From Minisyncoccota bacterium (GTDB taxonomy: Bacteria > Patescibacteriota > Minisyncoccia > Phycocordibacterales > SW-6-46-9): a DNA stretch of 64,000 bases. The stretch is from positions 459,526 through 523,525 of the forward strand of contig JBBDRP010000002.1 of NCBI GenBank assembly GCA_040905385.1, read 5' to 3'. The stretch's first letter is position 1. Each line of letters opens with the position of its first letter. The position numbers and the translations under genes are program-made. The notes beneath the pieces are model-generated. The model ran no database searches. It had not been told where the DNA came from and saw only the letters and a program-made list of their open reading frames with translations. Of this stretch, positions 57,174 through 64,000 are shown in pieces.

Positions 57174-57419
57174 TTAAGATTTAGGAAATATTTTTTTATA
57201 CTTCCCGTTAATATACTGGTAAGCATGTGCATGAACATCTTCTTCTCCTCTTTCTTTTTCATTAGCTATTTTTAAGGCTGACTGCTTGGACGAAATATTA
57301 CGAAGTATTGTGCGACGACCATCTTTACTACGAACAATACTAACGTAAAATTCACCATGCTGTGGATCTTTCTGCGTCGTCGTGCTGGTTTTTTTAAATA
57401 CTGCTTTTGACTTTACCAT
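57174..57419 (-). CDS. Small basic orphan protein
   Basis: AAGGAGGAG RBS, TGcTATACT promoter, hairpin agtacctactg/cagtaggtact downstream. Confidence 0.6.
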   Translation of the reverse strand: MVKSKAVFKKTSTTTQKDPQHGEFYVSIVRSKDGRRTILRNISSKQSALKIANEKERGEEDVHAHAYQYINGKYKKIFPKS

Positions 57420-57515
57420 TATAATTCTCCTCCTTGCGGAATTTTGATTGTTAAGGTGCTAGTGTATTTCTAGTATAGCAGAGTTAAAAATGCACACGTA
57501 ATAACTTATAAAACA

Positions 57516-57987
57516 TTCTCGCCGTCGCGATCTTGGCGGGTTTTACCCGCAGAAGTCCCGCTAAAGCGAGACGAAGGCGGGCCCCTGCCGTCGCATAACC
57601 CATTCTTTGCGTAAAGCTACGAAGGGCAAAGAGCTATGGCAGGCACGGCACAGGGAAAATATTTGGTCACCAGTCATAAAAAGTGCCTGTTCATGAAAGC
57701 TCTTCCAGAACCAGACTTTAAATATTTTTCAAAATCAAAAGCCTTGTATTTTTCCTTGAAAGAAATATACATAACTAGGTCAATCGGAAGACGGTCAGAT
57801 GTTGCGGGTACATGACCATTCCTATGTCTGTGAAGACGTTCTTTCAAATCAGATGTGCAGCCGATATATGGTTTACCATCAGCACAACTGAGAATGTATA
57901 CATCGTAATTCATGACTAGGTTCTCGCCGTCGCGATCTTGGCGGGTTTTACCCGCAGAAGCTCGCTATGGCGAGCGAAGGCGGGCCC
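57516..57987 (-). mobile_element. GIY-YIG mini-element at the tRNA-Trp 3' end, bounded by ~68-bp direct repeats
   Basis: Repeats at 57516-57584 and 57921-57987 (40 bp identical, plus shared gaaggcgggccc that includes the tRNA 3' end). Confidence 0.6.
57674..57913 (-). CDS. Small GIY-YIG nuclease (UPF0213-like)
   Basis: VYIL...YIGCTSDLKERLHRH..G, FEKYLKSGSGR. Confidence 0.9.
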   Translation of the reverse strand: MNYDVYILSCADGKPYIGCTSDLKERLHRHRNGHVPATSDRLPIDLVMYISFKEKYKAFDFEKYLKSGSGRAFMNRHFL

Positions 57988-58053
57988 ACAGGGATTTGAA
58001 CCCCGAACTGAGGTTTTGGAGACCTCTGTTTTGCCAATTGAAACTATGGACCC
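57981..58053 (-). tRNA. tRNA-Trp(CCA)
   Basis: GGGTCCA/TGGGCCC, GAGGT-CTCCAAA-ACCTC, CGGGG-TTCAAAT-CCCTG. Confidence 0.93.
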
Positions 58054-58140
58054 TAAATTAAAATCAAAGATTTTAATTGGGCGATCATCCCGACCTTAAG
58101 TCGGGATGATTTAGCCCAGCACCTTTGTTAGTATAGCAAA

Positions 58141-58824
58141 TTATCCAGCGGATGCAGCTTTTCTTCGATACATTCGATGCTCACGAACATGCATTACAAC
58201 ATCGGCAGCCGTCTTCATGATCAGAAATAGTAGTAACATATTTCCAGCAAAGGAACCAAATATAATAATAAAGTGCATCGGAAGAATTCTGATATACGGA
58301 TAAAACGCTACTTTACCAATATTCTGACCATGTGTTTCCTTTTTGTGATTATAAACATATGAAAATAAGTGACTAAAGAAGAATACTGCAACTACAACCA
58401 GAATAAGACCAAAATCGGGAGACTGAATTGTGCTACTAGCTGAAGATATAAATCCCTCTCTTCGTGAAAAAGTAAATCCTCCAGCTAAGCTGCTCTGAAA
58501 ACTACTTACGAGGAGAAAAAGTCCGTAAAATGTGTGAAAGAAACCGTAGTGAAAAAGAAAGAAAAAAGCAGTAAAATACCGCGTAAAGTTAGTTGGTTCA
58601 ACCTCTTTTCCGTTTATCCTGAAGCCCTCTGTAGAAAAATTCTTCAACTGAAGAATACGGACAAAGTTAAACAGGCCAATAATCACACTCTGAAACCAGT
58701 AAATCCACAGTATCGTCGAGAGCGCCCAACCACCAGCAACTGCCAGGTAAATCGTAATCACGTTGGACGCCAGAAGCATCCACATTGAGTAATCTGCCAA
58801 TATACTGTAGCGATTGCTTTTCAT
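58141..58824 (-). CDS. DUF6498-like membrane protein
   Basis: YWFQSVIIG, FFLFHYGFF, PYIRILPMH, KTAAD. Confidence 0.75.
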   Translation of the reverse strand: MKSNRYSILADYSMWMLLASNVITIYLAVAGGWALSTILWIYWFQSVIIGLFNFVRILQLKNFSTEGFRINGKEVEPTNFTRYFTAFFFLFHYGFFHTFYGLFLLVSSFQSSLAGGFTFSRREGFISSASSTIQSPDFGLILVVVAVFFFSHLFSYVYNHKKETHGQNIGKVAFYPYIRILPMHFIIIFGSFAGNMLLLFLIMKTAADVVMHVREHRMYRRKAASAG

Positions 58825-58887
58825 ACAATGTATATCTTCCATTATATCAAAAAGCCCGACCTAGAGGCCGGGTTCTTCTTCGTAATG

Positions 58888-58969
58888 TGCGCCGGGCAGG
58901 ATTCGAACCTGCGTAGGCTGTGCCACTGGATTTACAGTCCAGCCCGTTTAACCACTTCGGTACCGACGC
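58888..58969 (-). tRNA. tRNA-Tyr(GTA)
   Basis: GCGTCGG/CCGGCGC, CTGGA-CTGTAAA-TCCAG, variable arm, GCAGG-TTCGAAT-CCTGC. Confidence 0.93.
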
Positions 58970-58974
58970 TAATT

Positions 58975-59580
58975 TTACTTATATTCACTAATCCACTTTT
59001 TGAGCAAAGTGAGCAACTTTTTGTCGTGATAACGGACGTGAATTAACCCATGAGGCATTCTGTCAATCTTTTCGATATCATAATCCTCACGAACATAAGG
59101 TTTTATGAATTGCTCTAAATCCACATCTGTTTTTTGTGACCAAAACCTCTTTAATTTACCTACATCATGATTTGCATAGCAATAAAGCAGAATTCGTAAC
59201 TTAGACTCGTCAATACCACAAATTGTCCGAAGAAAATCTAAGAACAAACATATCATCGCTACATCGCTATTTGCAAAATCAACAGTTCTTCCTTTTTTAT
59301 ACTTTGCTCCTTCGGCCCAGTATAGCATTATTCCGGCGACTTTCAATTTTTCTTCAGCAGTTGATAGTTGATCTTTCAGAATAAAAGAAGAGTCCCTGCT
59401 ATCAAATCTTACCCTATTGGCCTGAGACGCATTTCGACGTTCAAGTCCATTTTTACGCATGAAGTAACAGACAGCATCTAGACTGACTCCAAAATTATCA
59501 GCAATTTCTTGCATGCTAAGTGATTCATCATAATACAGCTTCCTAACATCAGAGACTCTTGAGTCTGAAATACTTGCCAT
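58975..59580 (-). CDS. HTH + LAGLIDADG-like protein
   Basis: LSMQEIADNFGVS HTH; GIMLYWAEGAK LAGLIDADG-like helix; FANSD...FLDFLR. Confidence 0.7.
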   Translation of the reverse strand: MASISDSRVSDVRKLYYDESLSMQEIADNFGVSLDAVCYFMRKNGLERRNASQANRVRFDSRDSSFILKDQLSTAEEKLKVAGIMLYWAEGAKYKKGRTVDFANSDVAMICLFLDFLRTICGIDESKLRILLYCYANHDVGKLKRFWSQKTDVDLEQFIKPYVREDYDIEKIDRMPHGLIHVRYHDKKLLTLLKKWISEYK

Positions 59581-59743
59581 GCATATACATGTTATATTAA
59601 ACACATATACAAAACAAATGAAGTAGTACTTTGGACAATTTTAGTTTGAAACGAGCGGGGTATGAATTGAAAACTGAGAATAAACTTGCATATGGTCAAA
59701 GAAGGACGAAGTGTTTATGTGAAGGTCCTGCCCGTCTCACAAC

Positions 59744-59778
59744 AAAAAACACCGCGTCATTGACGCAGTGTTTTTTTT
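59744..59778 (-). terminator. clpB terminator
   Basis: aaaaaacaccgcgtca-t-tgacgcagtgtttttt. Confidence 0.7.
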
Positions 59779-59804
59779 GACTTTCTAGTTTAGACTTTCA
59801 ACTT

Positions 59805-62537
59805 TCACACACCCGCCGGCTCTAGCTCTGAGGGATCAGTGATAACCTCATCAAAAACCTGCTCTTCACCCTTCTTGGTTACATCAAGATTAATCTCTCC
59901 GTCTCGCATATTGATTGATATCTTTCCGCCCTCAAACACGCCACGATCAACCATCAAATTCGCAATCGGTGTCAATACTTCCTGCTGGATGACTCGCTTT
60001 AGCGGACGAGCTCCATACTGCGGGTTGTACCCCTTCTTGGCCAAATAATCATAAACCGGCTCGGTAATATCAAGCGTGAGATCTTTTTTCTCTAGGCGTT
60101 TCAGCACGCGCTCCATCTGAATAGTGACAATTTCGCGCACCGCCTCCTCTGACAGAACATTAAAAATAATGATGTCATCGAGTCGGTTCAGGAACTCTGG
60201 GCGAAACTCTTCTTTTAGCTCATCACGCACTTTATCCTTGGCCTGCTCGTACTCGTCCATGGTTTCACCATGAGAGAAGCCGAGCGTCTTCATCTTATCA
60301 ATATGTTGTGCCCCAACATTAGAAGTCAAAACAATAATAGTATTTTTAAAGTTTACCTTGCGACCCTTGGAGTCGGTAAGATGTCCGTTGTCCAGGACCT
60401 GCAAAAGGATGTTAAAAACATCTGGATGTGCCTTCTCTATCTCATCAAACAATACGACTGAGTACGGACGGTGCCGCACCTTCTCGGTGAGATTTCCCGA
60501 CTCTTCGTGTCCAACGTATCCAGCTGGTGCACCAACCATTTTTGATACCGAGTGGCGTTCCATGTACTCGGACATATCCACGCGAATCAACGCCTCTTCG
60601 TCCGCAAACATGAACTCGGCCAGACTCTTGGTAAGCTCGGTCTTTCCGACACCAGTTGGGCCAAGAAAGATGAAGGATCCAATCGGCTTGTCTGGATCGG
60701 CAATTCCGACCCGGGACCGCTTCACTGCATCCGAAATCTTCTTGACCGCCTGATCCTGACCAACCACCCGCTCTTCAAGTGTCTCCTCCATACGTGAAAG
60801 CTTCTGGGCTTCAGCCTCGAGCATACGATTGACCGGAATACTGGTCCAGCCGGCCACGACCTCGGCCACGTCACGCTCGCGCACCTCTTCCTTGAGAATA
60901 CGGCGATGTGACTGCAGCTCCTTCAGGCGTTGCTGCTTGTCTTCTAGCTCCTTTTGTAGACGTGGCATCTCACCGTATCGAATCTCGGCCGCCCGGCCCA
61001 GATCAGCCATAGCCTCAGTGTTCTCTGCCTCAACGCGAAGCTTGTCCATCTTCTGCTTTATCTCTTTGATGGCATCAATCGTCTCCTTCTCGTTCTTCCA
61101 CTTCAGCTCCAGCTCAGACGTTGTCTCCTTGAGCTCAGCAATGTCACGCTCGATATCATCAATACGCGTCACGACATCTTTGTCCGGTTCACCTTCGCTT
61201 TCATCGGCTTCCTTGGAAAGTGCCTGCTTTTCAATCTCCAGGCGCATTATCTTTCGGTGTGCCTCCTCAAGCTTCTTGGGCTTGTTCTCCAGCTCCATTC
61301 GCAACGCAGAGCAGGCCTCATCAATCAGATCGACGGCCTTGTCGGGCAAAAAGCGGTCAGCAATATATCGACTGGACAGCTCGGCAGCGGCAACAACAGC
61401 TTCGTCCAGAATCTTTACCCCATGGAAAAGCTCGTACTTTTCCTTGAGTCCACGCAGAATCGCAATCGCGTCATCAATGGATGGCTCCTCGACATGAACC
61501 GGCTGGAATCGCCGTGTAAGAGCCGGATCCTTCTCGATGTGCTTCTGGTACTCATTGAGGGTTGTGGCCCCAATAGCACGCAATTTACCGCGTGCCAGGG
61601 CAGGTTTCAGCATATTGGACGCATCCATAGCACCCTCAGCAGCACCCGCACCTACAATGGTGTGAATTTCGTCAATGAAAAGAATTACATCCCCTTGTGA
61701 ATTCTCGATCTCCTTCATGATAGCCTTTAGACGCTGCTCGAATTCTCCGCGATACTTGGTACCGGCAATCAGAGACCCAAGGTCCAACGACACGAGATCC
61801 TTCTCCTTCAGTGATTCCGGCACGTCACCTTTAGCCATACGTTGAGCCAGTCCTTCGGCGATGGCTGTTTTACCAACACCGGCCTCACCGATCAGAATCG
61901 GATTGTTTTTGGTACGTCGAGAGAGAATCTGAATGATACGATTTACCTCCTTGTCACGTCCGATTACTGGATCTAACTCATTCTCTCGGGCCATGTCTGT
62001 TAGGCTACGGGTGTATTTATTTAGCGATCTATTTTGTGGCCCGGCATTCTGCGGTGTCTCCCCATTCTCTCGCAGTTCGTCCAACACCTTCATTACCGCG
62101 TCCTTTGTAATATCAAACTCGTCCAGAAGTTCGCTAGCATCAGAATCCTGCGAAAGAATTGAAAGAAAGAGATGCTCGGTCGAGACGTACTCATCATCAA
62201 GCTCCTGAGCAATGCGGGTCGACTCCTCGAGTGTCTTGGCCAGCTCCGGCGTAAGATAGATCTGGTAGGCCGGTGACTCGGACGCTACATCACCACCTTC
62301 GGCCTCGCCTAGAAGCTGCAGTGTCTGGTCGGAAAAAAGCTCAGTATCAATCTCTAGCTTATCTAAAATTGAGTAAACAATACTCTCCTGTTGCTCGACA
62401 AGTGCCGCCAGCAGATGATTAGGGTTTACATGATTCTGGTCTCGCTCGACGGCCAGCTCATGCGCACGACGAATAGCCTCGCGAGCCTTCGCGGTAAATC
62501 GATTGAATGGTGGTTGTCCTTCGTCTGATTCTGGCAT
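59805..62537 (-). CDS. clpB: ATP-dependent chaperone ClpB
   Basis: Clp N domains, [13 protein letters not shown], long M-domain coiled coil, [21 protein letters not shown]. Confidence 0.93.
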   Translation of the reverse strand: MPESDEGQPPFNRFTAKAREAIRRAHELAVERDQNHVNPNHLLAALVEQQESIVYSILDKLEIDTELFSDQTLQLLGEAEGGDVASESPAYQIYLTPELAKTLEESTRIAQELDDEYVSTEHLFLSILSQDSDASELLDEFDITKDAVMKVLDELRENGETPQNAGPQNRSLNKYTRSLTDMARENELDPVIGRDKEVNRIIQILSRRTKNNPILIGEAGVGKTAIAEGLAQRMAKGDVPESLKEKDLVSLDLGSLIAGTKYRGEFEQRLKAIMKEIENSQGDVILFIDEIHTIVGAGAAEGAMDASNMLKPALARGKLRAIGATTLNEYQKHIEKDPALTRRFQPVHVEEPSIDDAIAILRGLKEKYELFHGVKILDEAVVAAAELSSRYIADRFLPDKAVDLIDEACSALRMELENKPKKLEEAHRKIMRLEIEKQALSKEADESEGEPDKDVVTRIDDIERDIAELKETTSELELKWKNEKETIDAIKEIKQKMDKLRVEAENTEAMADLGRAAEIRYGEMPRLQKELEDKQQRLKELQSHRRILKEEVRERDVAEVVAGWTSIPVNRMLEAEAQKLSRMEETLEERVVGQDQAVKKISDAVKRSRVGIADPDKPIGSFIFLGPTGVGKTELTKSLAEFMFADEEALIRVDMSEYMERHSVSKMVGAPAGYVGHEESGNLTEKVRHRPYSVVLFDEIEKAHPDVFNILLQVLDNGHLTDSKGRKVNFKNTIIVLTSNVGAQHIDKMKTLGFSHGETMDEYEQAKDKVRDELKEEFRPEFLNRLDDIIIFNVLSEEAVREIVTIQMERVLKRLEKKDLTLDITEPVYDYLAKKGYNPQYGARPLKRVIQQEVLTPIANLMVDRGVFEGGKISINMRDGEINLDVTKKGEEQVFDEVITDPSELEPAGV

Positions 62538-62633
62538 GATATATGAAAATATTACTGACTATTACACCTCATACTCGTATCCACTGATTGAACTCTATTT
62601 TACCGCAAACAGACAGTTACTTCAACGGGCTTA

Positions 62634-63368
62634 CTAATCCAACTCGGCGGTCCTGATATGCTCTGTACCCAGAAAAGCACCAGAAGAAGAACCGAAGACA
62701 CCTAGAAGTTCGCCAGAATCACTAAAAAGCAGGCTGGTTGCAGGCAGCTCGCCGGCAGATGTCTGAATTTCCTCATTACTAACTTCGGTGATGGTTACGT
62801 GAACAATTTCCGGGCGCTGAGTTAGTGGAACCACAAAGGCGCCACTGCCGACCTCAGGAACATCCTCAGTAAGTGAAAGTGGATAAATCGTGTTACTGGC
62901 AGCAATTACCTGTAACCAGGAGAAATTATCTGATTTAGCTATAACCTCCAGATCAACCACGACCCCGTCTTCAAACAATCCTTGTGCTTCCAATGGATAA
63001 TTAGCCGCTGATGTTATCACCAGATCGCCGCTAGCGACCGACAACAAGACACCCGCCTGCGGCGAGAGATCTACCGCCTTCACTCGAGCCACAGCGCCAA
63101 CCGCCTTTTCCAGAATCTTGTCCCGAGACATATCTCTAGCAGCATCTGTTGCTGATTCTCCATTATTATTTGCTACATCCTTCATCGTTCCCGTAGCCGC
63201 TGTTGAGGTTGCCTCTGACGAAATCAAGTGTTCACGAATCTGAATCACATCTTTTGGTGCATCCTCCAGAAGAAAAATAACCACAATCGCCGTCATTAAT
63301 GCTGTTACAAAGCTAATTAATAACGCTGTATAGATCAGATCTGTTTTAGAGAAGTTTTCGATATCCAT
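62634..63368 (-). CDS. Membrane-anchored degenerate trypsin-like (HtrA-like) protein
   Basis: LLISFVTALMTA TM; GVLL...GDLVIT; LLFSDSGELLG; catalytic His and GxSG are absent. Confidence 0.55.
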   Translation of the reverse strand: MDIENFSKTDLIYTALLISFVTALMTAIVVIFLLEDAPKDVIQIREHLISSEATSTAATGTMKDVANNNGESATDAARDMSRDKILEKAVGAVARVKAVDLSPQAGVLLSVASGDLVITSAANYPLEAQGLFEDGVVVDLEVIAKSDNFSWLQVIAASNTIYPLSLTEDVPEVGSGAFVVPLTQRPEIVHVTITEVSNEEIQTSAGELPATSLLFSDSGELLGVFGSSSGAFLGTEHIRTAELD

Positions 63369-63393
63369 AATTGCCTTTAGTATAGCACCACAG

Positions 63394-64000
63394 TTACAAA
63401 ATCTCTTCTAGTACCGCGAGTACACTATCTAGTTCTGCTCTCTTTGTCTCAATTCCAATCGATATACGAATAGCCTCATCCTGCTGAAGATGCTTTAAAA
63501 TCTCTGATCCATGTGACTTGTCAGCCTGGCAAGCGCTGGTGGTTGCCACCGCAATGCCAAGCGTATCAAGCCTTGTCGCTAGATAATCATGATCTGTATC
63601 GGGAAAAGTAATGCTGATATTGTGAGCAATACGATTTTTTTGACTACCGTTGATAATCACGTCAGGAAAGAGATCTTTTAGCAATGAGATAAAGTTATCA
63701 CGCTGAGCGATAACTTTCTTCTTGTGTTTCTGACGATGCTCAGCGGCCCAAGACAATGAATCCGCAAATCCAACAATTAGTGGTGTAGCTGGTGTACCGG
63801 GCCGCAGACGTTGGTAATCCCCTACCTGTCGCCGGCTGGAAGAGATAAAAAGCGATGCCAGCGGCGTACCCCTTCGAACCCACAACATCCCGACCCCTTT
63901 GGGACCATACATTTTCTGTCCGTTCAGTGTTAGAAGATCTATTCCAAGCGCTTCTGGTCGAACCGTCTCATACAGCACACTTTGACTGGCATCAACATGA
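63394..64000 (-). CDS. Cysteine desulfurase (IscS/NifS-like), C-terminal part (runs off window end)
   Basis: HVDASQS, NGQKMYGPKG (PLP Lys), RPGT, TTSAC, IRISIG. Confidence 0.88.
   Translation of the reverse strand, partial: HVDASQSVLYETVRPEALGIDLLTLNGQKMYGPKGVGMLWVRRGTPLASLFISSSRRQVGDYQRLRPGTPATPLIVGFADSLSWAAEHRQKHKKKVIAQRDNFISLLKDLFPDVIINGSQKNRIAHNISITFPDTDHDYLATRLDTLGIAVATTSACQADKSHGSEILKHLQQDEAIRISIGIETKRAELDSVLAVLEEIL

Noticed and set aside
57981-58053. Alternative genetic code (UGA recoding as in Gracilibacteria)
   Set aside because: Long genes are intact in code 11, several end in TGA, and this tRNA has the ordinary CCA anticodon.
197-62208. Many short ORFs antisense to or out of frame within long genes (e.g. 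197-418, 7755-8324, 38717-39352, 51349-51978, 60829-61497)
   Set aside because: They are shadows of well-supported genes, with no recognisable motifs or expression signals.

Overview
Bacterial chromosomal segment in the standard genetic code. It most likely comes from a Patescibacteria (CPR, Parcubacteria-like) organism in a saline habitat. This is inferred from streamlined UvrA/UvrC, an HTH-MurA fusion, a class I aldolase, a sortase, a LAGLIDADG-like orphan beside a tRNA, tRNA genes without encoded CCA, near-leaderless core genes and very acidic proteins. Core genes are uvrCAB, pgi/ROK/fba, dnaX, dus, ftsQ-like, serS, dprA, topA, relA/spoT, parB, murB/murA, miaA, clpB and a cysteine desulfurase. 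They are interrupted by AT-rich orphan cassettes, each with its own promoter and terminator. An accessory island (about 21.2-33.1 kb) next to tRNA-Gln carries a type III RM system with an embedded extra gene, fic, radC, an amidinotransferase-fold enzyme coupled to an Arg-rich protein with a LigA-like leader, and two secreted proteins, one with tandem HU domains. Five tRNAs were found: Gln-CTG, Leu-CAA, Leu-CAG, Trp-CCA and Tyr-GTA. Top leads: (1) a ~150-nt structured element with covarying stems behind both tRNA-Gln and tRNA-Leu, whose outer stems copy the host tRNA's own ends; (2) a candidate new RiPP-like arginine-modifying pair; (3) a signal-peptide-bearing double HU, and an OmpA/beta-barrel plus lipoprotein operon, in an apparently monoderm host; (4) two distinct gene-expression grammars. 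All family assignments come from motif recognition by eye; no searches were run.
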